This document shows positions 9,952 through 19,545 of a stretch of DNA of 64,000 nt, piece by piece. The stretch lies in assembly GCA_965218585.1 (NCBI GenBank), contig CBDCLE010000026.1, forward strand, positions 256,001 to 320,000, read 5' to 3'. Under the pieces are notes generated by a model. The model did not search any database. It was not told the DNA's origin and saw nothing but the letters and a program-made list of their open reading frames with translations. The position numbers were made by a program, and so were the translations under genes. The number at the start of each line of letters is the position of its first letter. Position 1 is the first letter of the stretch. Source of the DNA: Terriglobia bacterium (lineage in GTDB: Bacteria > Acidobacteriota > Terriglobia > 20CM-2-55-15).

Positions 9952-10819
9952 CTAGGGTCGACCACCGATGCCCAGAGGCGAATACGCCGTGCCGCGATAG
10001 GTCTGCCCGTTCTTATTCAAATGTGGCAAGTCGATGAAATCCGACTCGTCCAGGCGCAGCCCTCTCACCTCCTGGTCTTCAGAGCCCACCTCGACCTCAA
10101 CGCTGGATGGTGTGGACCTTTCTGACCACGCCGTCAATCGATAGCGTCCGGGCGTCGCTTCTATCCGGAAGCCACCCTCCCCATCCACTTCGGCGATCAG
10201 TGACGTCTGAAGGACCAGGATGACTGCGGTCATGTGCGGATGGATGTTGCAGAAAACCCGGTACGTACCCGGCTGAGGAAAAATCTGGCTCTTGGACGCC
10301 CCGGCCCGGTACAAACCCAGGTCAAACGGACCCAATGGCGAAAGCGAAAACACATTGTGGAAAATGAGGTCGTCGTTTGGAAAATCAACCCGGGAGCCTG
10401 CGGGTACGGCCAGTACTGCTGGAACGAACAGCTTGTCCCGCTGAATCAGTTCGAATGTCGATGGTTCGATCGGCGTGGGTCCGTCGAGGCGTTCGAGGTA
10501 CACAAAGCGTGGTCCCTGCCCGGAAGGGCCCTCGATCACAACGCGTCCAGTGACAGTCGTAGCGCCCACCCCGCACGGGACTATCATCAGGACGGCGGTG
10601 AGTCCGGCATGAAAGAGCCAACCTTTGGTATGTGTCGATACCAGTGGCCTGTACCAGCCATATTGGGACCATCGCCGCTGGGTTCGGGCGAAACGGCATC
10701 GTCTTCGTTGTCGAAGGCTCCTCCGAATGACGGAACATTTCCTCGTCGCCGACTCCTAGAATCCAATGCCGTTTGGCCGCAATGCTGGTCCCGATATGGA
10801 TGGTACAGGCCACTAGCAT
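9952..10819 (-). pseudogene. periplasmic cupredoxin-like protein; start codon separated from the body by a MITE
   Basis: HNVFS and FCNIHPHM copper-type ligands in ORF 9952..10587; ATG at 10819-10817 is in frame with the body only when the MITE is removed. Confidence 0.7.
10641..10816. mobile_element. MITE-like element (168-bp core)
   Basis: 29-bp terminal IR AGTGGCCTGTACCA-CCATAT-GGGACCA with 2 mismatches; inner IR AAACGGCAT / ATGCCGTTT; flanks CCAG / CTAG. Confidence 0.75.
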
Positions 10820-12261
10820 CAGAAGCTGTAGGCAAACGCCATGTTGAAATGGTTGTTGTGCGCCCGGGCCCGAGTGACCCTTCGCGTCAGGAGCCGGCGC
10901 CACTCAAACGAGGTCGCAAACTCCGGAGTAAACTGATAAATCGTATTGGCGAACACGCTCGAGTTTTCCCTCAAGTCTGTTGGAAACCGATCGCTGTCGA
11001 ACAGACTGTCGATGCCGAAACCGCCGTAAAATCCGAGCCTGGAGTTGGCGCTCCAGCCGACTTCGGCAAATCCGCCGCGTGACTTTGCCAGCTGGCCGAC
11101 CGATCCTCCGAAGGCGTCGATGTTCTGGCCGACCCAGGCTTCCCCCTGAAGGCTGAGGCTGCCGCGTCGGGCCATGAAATCGAAAGCCGTCGCCCAGCTC
11201 GACAGTAATCCGCTCGAACGACGTTCGGATCCATAGTGTCCCGACAGTCCAACCTCAGCGTACGGTTCGCCCGGCACGGGCCCGGTCCGCCTCCACGAGA
11301 GACGTCCCTGGAAGGCAGGCTGCCGGGAGCCTTCCCCAGGAAGCTTGGGCGGCGTGAACGTGAAAGACCCTGTTGGTAAATCTCCACTGATCGGAGCGAC
11401 GATTGCCAGGTCCATCCCGAGAACGTCTGAACTCCCTATGTCGAACCTGCGCTCGATCCGGACCTGAGGAACCCGGAGGTATAGATTGCCAGAGTAAAAA
11501 AGGTTCGGAAAAGAAAAAGATGCCAATGATTGAGGATTCCGGGGGGCCAGCAACATCAGATCCTGACCGATCTCGAAAGAGGTCTTTTCCCCATCCAACC
11601 GCATGAAGCCGTACAGAAGGCGCGGAACACCCATGGTCTGTCCGGTACGAAAGCCCGGAACGCCCCCGAAAAAATCCATCGCGAAGAAGCCACTCGTACG
11701 GAAAGAGCCGACATCCGGGCCATCGATGATGGCGCCGAGCCGGGTCTGCCGAAGCGTGGAGCTGAACGAGCCCGTACTCCCCTGCCCCGTCAGCGGGACC
11801 ACATTCGGAGCATCCAGCCAGTTTGCTTCGCCGGAGTTGTAGAAAGTGTTAGAGAGGATCGTACCGAAAAGGCGCACGGGCATTCTGGAGTTGGATTCTA
11901 CTTTCGTCTGTGCCAGTTCCTCCACCTGCGCCTGGATCAATGGGGGTAGGACACCCGGACCCGGTTGCCTATCGCCCTGCCCTGTGTCTCGATTTCCTGC
12001 GTCAAGGCCAGGCTCGTCATAGGCCGGTCCCGACCGATCCGCCCCCTCACCTGAAACAACCAGCTGACGCAGCATTTCCACCTCGGCGCGTAACTCGGCA
12101 ACTTCCTCGCGGAGGTTTTCGAATTCGTCACCAGCGGATTGGGCCCAGGCTGCGCCTGGAAGAAGAAGGAACAGGAAAGACAGCCGGGCAGCGAGATGTA
12201 CTCGCCACCCCAAACTGTTACAGCGTCCAGATCGAATGGGCCTCGAAGGTCCGAGTGACAT
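10819..12261 (-). CDS. outer-membrane porin-like protein (DcaP-like) with N-terminal coiled coil
   Basis: Signal peptide AWA-QS, heptad segment, amphipathic beta strands, C-terminal YSF. Confidence 0.7.
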   Translation of the reverse strand: MSLGPSRPIRSGRCNSLGWRVHLAARLSFLFLLLPGAAWAQSAGDEFENLREEVAELRAEVEMLRQLVVSGEGADRSGPAYDEPGLDAGNRDTGQGDRQPGPGVLPPLIQAQVEELAQTKVESNSRMPVRLFGTILSNTFYNSGEANWLDAPNVVPLTGQGSTGSFSSTLRQTRLGAIIDGPDVGSFRTSGFFAMDFFGGVPGFRTGQTMGVPRLLYGFMRLDGEKTSFEIGQDLMLLAPRNPQSLASFSFPNLFYSGNLYLRVPQVRIERRFDIGSSDVLGMDLAIVAPISGDLPTGSFTFTPPKLPGEGSRQPAFQGRLSWRRTGPVPGEPYAEVGLSGHYGSERRSSGLLSSWATAFDFMARRGSLSLQGEAWVGQNIDAFGGSVGQLAKSRGGFAEVGWSANSRLGFYGGFGIDSLFDSDRFPTDLRENSSVFANTIYQFTPEFATSFEWRRLLTRRVTRARAHNNHFNMAFAYSF

Positions 12262-12342
12262 GTCAATGCCTCCAGCTCAAGGGTTCCGTACCTACCAGCA
12301 GGATATTCCAGGGAGGCAGAAGATATGCTCAGACCGAATCTT

Positions 12343-13404
12343 CTATTGAACCTCCAGAATGATCTGCCCGTTAACGTCTGTGTTGTTGTCACCTAGCGTC
12401 CACGGATCTGCTGTGCGCAACAACTTCAGTTCAGTCCCGGATGCCTCGATCAAGACGATCGCGAACTCGGAAGCCGACCCGCCGGGAGCCGCTACGAAAT
12501 CCGCCACAGTTTCTTTATTGGCAGCAAACCCTCCCGGTATCTTGAGATTCAGGAACTGACCCGGACTGCTGCCCGACACTGTTGTACCGACGATCCGAAA
12601 ATTGATGATCATCAGTTTTCCACTGACTGCGTACTGGTAGTTGACAACGTCTCCCGATTCCACGATCCAGTCCATGGTCTCCATGGGCGGGTCATCTGCA
12701 GTGAAGTTGCCAGGATCAAATAGAACATTGGAAAACGTTATTTCCGGTCCCTGGGGTCCCGCAGGTCCGGTGGGTCCTTCGGGTCCCTGCAGACCCGGTG
12801 ATCCTGGTGCCCCATCGTTACCCGGTAGGCCTTGTAGACCCGGTGTTCCATCGTTGCCCGATGGGCCCGGAGGGCCAGCCACTCCCGGTGATCCCGGCGA
12901 CCCTGGAGGACCTGCAACTCCTGGAGAACCTGGGGGTCCCGGTGGACCGGCCACACCGTTTGAACCTGGAGAACCCGGCGGTCCCGGGGGGCCGGGCAAT
13001 CCGGTCAAACCCTGCAGACCCGTCGCGCCGATCGTGATGTTCATTGCCGCGACGTCTTTGGAACCTCGCCCCGTCGATACCACGACGAGGTACGTGCCGG
13101 GGTCGGTACGGTTCAGCAGGGCAAGAATCGAAGTCGGATCGGACTGCAGAACCAGCAACGCCTCCTGGGTCCCCCCAGGCGCACCGATAAACACTGCCGG
13201 ATGGATCTCGCGGCGCGACTTCGGATCGAGATTTTGACCTTCGATCAGAAGCGTCGGCGTCAGTGGGCTCAGGTCCACTGACGCGCTGGTGAGAACAATG
13301 TGTTTACTCGACCTCTTTGAAGAACGTTCATCATCGTCATCATCCCGCTCTTGCGAAAACGGGGTCAAACCGGTCATCAATAACAAGAAAACTAATGTCT
13401 TCAT
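12343..13404 (-). CDS. secreted collagen-like protein
   Basis: Signal peptide; 32 uninterrupted Gly-X-Y triplets; beta-rich N- and C-terminal domains. Confidence 0.88.
   Translation of the reverse strand: MKTLVFLLLMTGLTPFSQERDDDDDERSSKRSSKHIVLTSASVDLSPLTPTLLIEGQNLDPKSRREIHPAVFIGAPGGTQEALLVLQSDPTSILALLNRTDPGTYLVVVSTGRGSKDVAAMNITIGATGLQGLTGLPGPPGPPGSPGSNGVAGPPGPPGSPGVAGPPGSPGSPGVAGPPGPSGNDGTPGLQGLPGNDGAPGSPGLQGPEGPTGPAGPQGPEITFSNVLFDPGNFTADDPPMETMDWIVESGDVVNYQYAVSGKLMIINFRIVGTTVSGSSPGQFLNLKIPGGFAANKETVADFVAAPGGSASEFAIVLIEASGTELKLLRTADPWTLGDNNTDVNGQIILEVQ
12742..13029 (-). repeat. collagen (Gly-X-Y)32 coding repeat
   Basis: GATGLQ...GPQGPE, 96 aa. Confidence 0.9.
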
Positions 13405-13492
13405 CGTCGTATCCCCTTAGAAAACGATCTCTCGGTTCCCCTGCCTGAGAAAGCGAACTTTTCCTCAACGTACGTTTCGGATAAATACTATA

Positions 13493-13546
13493 ATTACATT
13501 AATTATATTTAAAGGGCGACAACACAATACTTATAATTAATGTAAT
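13493..13546. promoter_or_regulatory. AT-rich 15-bp inverted repeat in divergent promoter region
   Basis: ATTACATTAATTATA-N24-TATAATTAATGTAAT. Confidence 0.5.
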
Positions 13547-13681
13547 ACACGTTTCCAGCCGATTAATACCAATGAGTGCCGAGAATCGATTTTATGATTC
13601 TAAGCGCTTTGTTTTAAATCATATAAATTGTGTGATGAGCAGGGTAAACCTGAACAGCACGAACGGGCGAGGAACATCAAC

Positions 13682-14827
13682 ATGCCTGTCGGGGTCAAAA
13701 TCAGCGGCGACAGCAGGGAGGCCACCGCCAAACTCGAACGGCGGGACTCCGAACTCACTATCGGCATGGTCAACGATGCGTTGGCAGCAGCCGGCGTCCG
13801 CTATGGCATCGACGAGCATGCATGCCTGGAGCTGATTGAGGCCATCAACCTGAAACGTCCCGGCAGTCACACAAGCGGCGTCGTAGCGCGAGGGATACCA
13901 TCGGTCGCCGGTGAGGATGGTACCGCTCGGATGATCGTCGAATACGAGCGCGACAGCGTCGGTCAAGAAGACGAATCGGGCAGCATCAACTTTCGTGACC
14001 GAGGCTCGTTTACGTCGATCGAGAAAGACCAGGTGATCGCAGAACTCGTCCCCCCGACTCCGGGCACTCCAGGAAGAAACGTGCAGGGCAACGAAGTTGC
14101 AGCAACCCCTGGCCGCCCGGCAAAGCTGACCCCAGGTCCGGGTACCGTTCTGGCCGCGAGCGGGACTGAGTTACGGGCGACCCGAGCCGGCGATCTCCAT
14201 GCTGCTGACGATCGCATTGAAGTAACCGAGACCATTCGCGTTACCGGCAACCTCGACTACGAAATGGGAAGCATCGAGTGCGCCGGCGCCGTCCGCGTTG
14301 AGGGCGACCTTCTCCCCGGTTTTCACATCCACGCGGGCGGTGACGTCACAATCGAGGGCGTTGTCGATTCCGCCGAGGTGAGAACGGAAGGCGCACTCGT
14401 TGTCCGCCAGGGAATCTTGCCGGGAAGCCGGGTCTATGCCAAGGGAGACATCAAGGTTAGCTACGTTTCAAACTCGTCTGTGGAAGGCGGCGCCGACATC
14501 ACGATCCTGCGGGAATCCGTTCACAGCCGCCTGATCGCAGGTGGAAGCATCACGATCCCGGGCGCCGGACGCGTGCTTGGCGGCAACCTCGAGGCTGCGA
14601 AGCAGATAGAGGTGGGAGTCGCTGGCCACATGAAAGGCCTGCCGACCACGCTTGCCGCAGGCGTCAAGGCCGCGAACGAAGAATCCCTGGTGAGGATAAA
14701 CAAGACTATCCATCCCGGCGTCCGGCTGCTGATCGGCCCGGGCGAACTGGATTTTAAGGAAGAACACCGCCGCTCAACTTTCCAATTCGATCTGGAAGTT
14801 GGTGAGATCGCCAAATGCGCCGCGTGA
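13682..14827 (+). CDS. FapA/DUF342 family protein
   Basis: GVRYGID, VVARG..GEDG, PTPGTPGRNVQG, beta-helix repeats, IHPGV; RBS GAGGAA before ATG 13682. Confidence 0.82.
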   Translation: MPVGVKISGDSREATAKLERRDSELTIGMVNDALAAAGVRYGIDEHACLELIEAINLKRPGSHTSGVVARGIPSVAGEDGTARMIVEYERDSVGQEDESGSINFRDRGSFTSIEKDQVIAELVPPTPGTPGRNVQGNEVAATPGRPAKLTPGPGTVLAASGTELRATRAGDLHAADDRIEVTETIRVTGNLDYEMGSIECAGAVRVEGDLLPGFHIHAGGDVTIEGVVDSAEVRTEGALVVRQGILPGSRVYAKGDIKVSYVSNSSVEGGADITILRESVHSRLIAGGSITIPGAGRVLGGNLEAAKQIEVGVAGHMKGLPTTLAAGVKAANEESLVRINKTIHPGVRLLIGPGELDFKEEHRRSTFQFDLEVGEIAKCAA

Positions 14828-14863
14828 GCATGAGTCAGCGATCAGCTAACAGCTGGGAGCTCC

Positions 14864-15478
14864 TTACCATTCGATCGGCGTTTCCTGGTGAGGCGTCACG
14901 ATGTCATCGATGCCGGGAAGACCAAAATCGCGATCCCACGTGAGTCCGTTACCGATAACGTCCAACTTCACGACGTCCGGATTTCTCAATCGATCCGCCT
15001 CTCGCCATCCATAGTCGGGCTCTACATGATTGAGCAAGAGCGCGATGACGTTTCCATGAGCGCTGATCCCTATCGTAGAACTAGTCTCCTGCCTCACGAT
15101 TCGATTGACGGCCTCGACGAAGCGGCGCTGGGCCTGGAGGGAGCTCTCGCATCCGGGCAACGCAAAGGAAAACTCTTCCCAGGACCGCCTCCAGACTTCG
15201 GGAAAGTCTTCCCGAATTCCCACGGCTACCTTTCGCTCCCTCAGTTCGGGGTCCACAACAAGATCCATCCCTGTTCTCTTTACGAACGGATCTATCGTGC
15301 TAAGAGTTCGAAGGTAGGGGCTGGAATACATCCGGCTGATGTTGAGAGACTCGAGCAGGGGGCCGAGCCGTTCAGCCTGTTGGCATCCCAATTTACTCAA
15401 TGGCCAGTCGGGCTCTGCGACTTTGGACGAGGGATGGCTTTGGGCGTGGCGGATGAGATAAGCGGTCTTTCTTGTCAT
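14864..15478 (-). CDS. histidine phosphatase family protein
   Basis: LIRHAQS, SSPYLR, LRE, SAHG. Confidence 0.88.
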   Translation of the reverse strand: MTRKTAYLIRHAQSHPSSKVAEPDWPLSKLGCQQAERLGPLLESLNISRMYSSPYLRTLSTIDPFVKRTGMDLVVDPELRERKVAVGIREDFPEVWRRSWEEFSFALPGCESSLQAQRRFVEAVNRIVRQETSSTIGISAHGNVIALLLNHVEPDYGWREADRLRNPDVVKLDVIGNGLTWDRDFGLPGIDDIVTPHQETPIEW

Positions 15479-15675
15479 GCTTTTCCGATCTGTCCGAACT
15501 GCTTGTCCAGGGTAAGACCATAACCCAGGATCACCCCCTCACGCACCCGGGGTTTAGCCCGAACATGGCAAAAAAACAGCAAGATAAAAGATTAATCTTG
15601 AATCCTGATTTTACAGTAGTAAAATTCCTTGGACACATATTATCGATAGAGAGGTTTTAGGAACTCTTAAACGAA

Positions 15676-18129
15676 ATGAATCAAAACGGTTTTGCCACGC
15701 CTATCGTGTGTGCGATTGCCATAGTGCTGGTCACCCTTGGTGCGCCCACGAGTTTTGCGCAGGGACCCGATGAGGCAACCCAGATCGAATTCATGAACCA
15801 GTACTGCGTGGGCTGCCACTCCGGTGGCACGGTGACCAGTCTGGTCCCAGTACCCCAGTGGGCGGATGAGATCGACCGGGACCTGTCCAACATCGCTGCT
15901 GAAGGTGAAATTTGGGAAGAGGTGATCCGTAAGGTGCGCGGACGGATGATGCCGCCGGCCGGCATCATCGCCCCTCGAGAGGAAGCCGACGCTTTTGTCG
16001 CCTTCATCGCGAACGCTCTGGATCAGGCAACAGCTAGCAATCCTGAGCCCGGAAGAAAGTCCCTGCACCGCCTTAACCGCACGGAATACGGAAACGCAGT
16101 CCGGGACCTGTTCAACCTCGAGATCGATGCAACTCAGATGTTGCCCCCAGACACCTCCGGGTCCAGTGGATTCGACAACGTTGCGGATGTGCTCGGAACC
16201 GAACCCGCACTGATGAACCGCTACCTGGCTGCCGCATGGGAAGTCACCCGCCGGGCCGTCGGCGACACGACGCTGGCACCTTCAGTTCAGACCTTCCTTG
16301 TCGCGAGAGATCTCGCGCAGACCGACTACGTCGAGGGACTGCCCCTGGGCACACGTGGAGGCCTGCTGGCGGAGTTTTTTGCCCCTGTCGATGGAGAGTA
16401 TGAGATCAATCCCTCTTTGATGCGCAGCACAACCGATGTCCCCAGAGGCATGGAGTTTGAGCATACTGCTGAGATCAGCGTGGACGGTGAGCGGATGAAT
16501 CTCGCAACGCTCGGTGGATTCGGCGATGCCGCTCTCGCTGTCAGCCGCCCGGCCCGTGCAGGAGCCGAGTTTGATGCGCGAATGAGTACCACGGTGACGC
16601 TTGAAGCGGGCCCGCACGAAATCGGCGTCGCCTTCCTCAAGCAGACGGCCGGAATGACGCCATTCATGATCCAGCCGTTTTTCAATGAGATCGATTCCAG
16701 CTGGCCATTCGGAATCCCCTATCTTAAGCATATCCGGGTCACAGGTCCGGTGAACACGACCGGCGCCGGTGATTCTCCGAGCCGGGGGACGATCTTCACG
16801 TGCCACCCGGATCGGGGTGACGAAGCCGCGGCCTGCGCCGAATCCATTCTCTCAAGGATTGCGCGCCGTGCCTATCGCCGTCCCGTCACCGATTCTGAGG
16901 TGGAACGTTTGGTGGGCTTTTACCGAGATGAACGGGACACGGGCGGCAATTTCGATCTCGGAATTCAGAAGGCGTTGACTTATATGCTGGTGACGCCGCA
17001 GTTCCTGTTCCGCTTCGAGACCGACCCGGAAGGCATTGAACCCGATACGACGTATCGTATCAGCGACCTGGAACTCGCCTCCCGGCTATCGTTCTTTCTC
17101 TGGTCGACCCTGCCCGATGAAGAATTACTGGACAGCGCGATCGCCGGAAGTCTCAGTCAGCCGGAGGTTCTGGAGCAACAGGTCGGGCGGATGCTCGCCG
17201 ATGGGCGTGCCAACGCGCTCATCAATAATTTTGCCGCACAATGGCTGACGTTCCGAAACCTGGAAGTGTTCCGTCCCGACAACCAGGCATTTCCCGATTT
17301 CGACGACAGTCTGCGGCAATCGTTCCTGCGGGAAACCGAGTTGCTTTTCCAGGACATCATGCGCAGGGACCGGCCGATCCAGGAACTGTTGACAGCCGAC
17401 TACACGTACCTCAACGAACGGCTCGCCATCAACTACGGCATTCCCGACATCTTCGGCGACCAGTTCCGGAGGGTGGATCTCAGTGACAACCCTAACCGTA
17501 AGGGCGGCATACTGGACCACGGCAGCATCCTGACGGTCAGTTCCTACCCGAACCGGACCTCTCCGGTGCTGCGCGGCAAATACATCCTGACCAACATTCT
17601 GGGTACCCCACCCCCGGCCCCGCCTGAGAACGTTCCCGCGCTGGAAGAAGAGTTGAGCGAACCGCAGAGCATGAAAGAACGGATGGAAGCGCACCGGGCA
17701 AATCCAGCTTGTGCGGGATGCCATCAGCTAATGGATCCCATCGGACTGGCCATGGAGAACTACGACGGAATCGGGCGGTGGCGGACCGATGACGGCGGTG
17801 CTGCTGTCGATCCGGATGCCGGGGTGATCCACCCCTTACAGGACTACGGCCCGATAAACGGTCCGACTGCTCTGGGCGAGGCTCTGGTCGAAAATCCGTA
17901 TCGCTTCGCGCAGACAGCGACGGAAAAGCTTTTGGCTTACGCGTTGGGGCGCGTATTGCAATACAACGACATGCCGGTTGTCCGGGAAATTACCGGGAAC
18001 GCTCGGGAGAATGACTATCGTTTCTCATCCTTCGTTATGGGCGTGGTTTCGAGCGTCCCCTTCCAGATGAGAGTCAGCACTGCAGCACTCCAGTCGGCGG
18101 CTGCCTCAGACGATACAAGGACTAATTAA
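15676..18129 (+). CDS. DUF1592/DUF1588/DUF1585-type multi-domain cytochrome c-like protein
   Basis: CVGCH and CAGCH, RLNRTEY, ELASRLSFFLW, RTSPVLRG. Confidence 0.88.
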   Translation: MNQNGFATPIVCAIAIVLVTLGAPTSFAQGPDEATQIEFMNQYCVGCHSGGTVTSLVPVPQWADEIDRDLSNIAAEGEIWEEVIRKVRGRMMPPAGIIAPREEADAFVAFIANALDQATASNPEPGRKSLHRLNRTEYGNAVRDLFNLEIDATQMLPPDTSGSSGFDNVADVLGTEPALMNRYLAAAWEVTRRAVGDTTLAPSVQTFLVARDLAQTDYVEGLPLGTRGGLLAEFFAPVDGEYEINPSLMRSTTDVPRGMEFEHTAEISVDGERMNLATLGGFGDAALAVSRPARAGAEFDARMSTTVTLEAGPHEIGVAFLKQTAGMTPFMIQPFFNEIDSSWPFGIPYLKHIRVTGPVNTTGAGDSPSRGTIFTCHPDRGDEAAACAESILSRIARRAYRRPVTDSEVERLVGFYRDERDTGGNFDLGIQKALTYMLVTPQFLFRFETDPEGIEPDTTYRISDLELASRLSFFLWSTLPDEELLDSAIAGSLSQPEVLEQQVGRMLADGRANALINNFAAQWLTFRNLEVFRPDNQAFPDFDDSLRQSFLRETELLFQDIMRRDRPIQELLTADYTYLNERLAINYGIPDIFGDQFRRVDLSDNPNRKGGILDHGSILTVSSYPNRTSPVLRGKYILTNILGTPPPAPPENVPALEEELSEPQSMKERMEAHRANPACAGCHQLMDPIGLAMENYDGIGRWRTDDGGAAVDPDAGVIHPLQDYGPINGPTALGEALVENPYRFAQTATEKLLAYALGRVLQYNDMPVVREITGNARENDYRFSSFVMGVVSSVPFQMRVSTAALQSAAASDDTRTN

Positions 18130-18146
18130 CAGAGGAGTAAATCCAC

Positions 18147-19532
18147 ATGTTCATTACCAGGCAACATCTGTCTCGAAGGACTTTCTTGAAGGGCACCGGA
18201 GCGACCCTCGCGCTCCCATTCCTCGATGCGATGATTCCGGCGGCTGCCGCCCAGTCGGTGCCTACACCGACTCAACGATTCACGTTCATCTACACGCCAA
18301 TGGGCGCACTGATGGAAAAGTGGATGCCGATGAAGAAGGATGGAGCCGGTATCGATTTCTCTCCAACGCTGTCGCCCCTGGAGCCGTTTCGAGAGTACGT
18401 CAACATCGTCAGTGGGCTTCACAACGTCGGGATACAAAACCACCCGCCCTCTCCGCCGATGTGGCTCAGCGGAAACGTGCCCGGGGCCGGAGGCAACCAG
18501 ATGGCCGCCGCACGGCGGCTGGCGACGACGGTGGACCAGCTCATCGCACAGAAGATCGGCCAGGACACGACTTTCGAATCACTGCCGGTCGCGGTCGAAG
18601 ACGCTTCGCAGTTGATTGGAGCATGCTCGATCGACGACAACTGTGATTACATCAATACCATATCCTGGCGCAGCCCGACCCAGCCCCTGACAATGGAGAT
18701 CCACCCGCGACTCGTCTTCGAACAACTGTTTGGCGGCGAGGGCAATCAGGAAGCCCGCGACCAGCGCTTGAGGGACAACACCAGCATTCTCGACACCCTG
18801 ACGTCCGATATCCGTGCTTTAAGCGGCGATCTGGGGACAGGAGACAGGGCCCGGGTCGACGAGTACCTGGACAGTGTCCGGACTGTCGAACTTCAGTTGG
18901 TCCGGGGAGAGCAACAGCGACAGGAAAAGGGATTGGAAGCGCCGGAAAACATTCCCGTGGGGATGCCGGACTCCTTCGAGGAACACGTGGGACTGATGTT
19001 CCAGCTGCAAGCACTCGCGTTCCAGGGCGACCTGACGCGCGTGACGTCTTTCATGATGGCTCGCGAACTGAGCGGACTCTCCTATCCTGAGCTTGGCGTC
19101 CAGGAAGCCCATCACCCGGTTTCGCACCACGCCTACGTTGCGGAAGTTATGGAACAGAAGGCCCGGATCGACGCCTTCCACATCTCCATGCTCGCAAAGT
19201 TTGTGGAACAGCTCCGGTCTACGCCTGAAGGTGACGGCAACCTGCTGGATACTGCAGTCGTCATGTACGGATCTGGAATGAGCAACTCGCAGATACACGA
19301 TCACAACAACCTGCCCACGCTGCTCATCGGTGGCGGCGCCGGAAAACTACGCGGAGACCGGCATATCCAGACCGGCGTTGTAGCCCAAGAGCGCGTGATC
19401 CCGGCCATTCCGCACTTCGACAAGATGACGCCGTTGACGAACCTGCACGTTTCTTTGCTCAACATGGCGGGCATCGAAACAGATTCCTTTGGTGCTGCGG
19501 AGAACGCGAGCACCAGTTCGGTTGACATCTAG
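18147..19532 (+). CDS. DUF1552 family Tat-exported protein
   Basis: SRRTFLKG...LPFLDAM, TVDQLIA, DLTRV, HDHNNLP. Confidence 0.88.
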   Translation: MFITRQHLSRRTFLKGTGATLALPFLDAMIPAAAAQSVPTPTQRFTFIYTPMGALMEKWMPMKKDGAGIDFSPTLSPLEPFREYVNIVSGLHNVGIQNHPPSPPMWLSGNVPGAGGNQMAAARRLATTVDQLIAQKIGQDTTFESLPVAVEDASQLIGACSIDDNCDYINTISWRSPTQPLTMEIHPRLVFEQLFGGEGNQEARDQRLRDNTSILDTLTSDIRALSGDLGTGDRARVDEYLDSVRTVELQLVRGEQQRQEKGLEAPENIPVGMPDSFEEHVGLMFQLQALAFQGDLTRVTSFMMARELSGLSYPELGVQEAHHPVSHHAYVAEVMEQKARIDAFHISMLAKFVEQLRSTPEGDGNLLDTAVVMYGSGMSNSQIHDHNNLPTLLIGGGAGKLRGDRHIQTGVVAQERVIPAIPHFDKMTPLTNLHVSLLNMAGIETDSFGAAENASTSSVDI

Positions 19533-19545
19533 GAGACCAAGAGAC

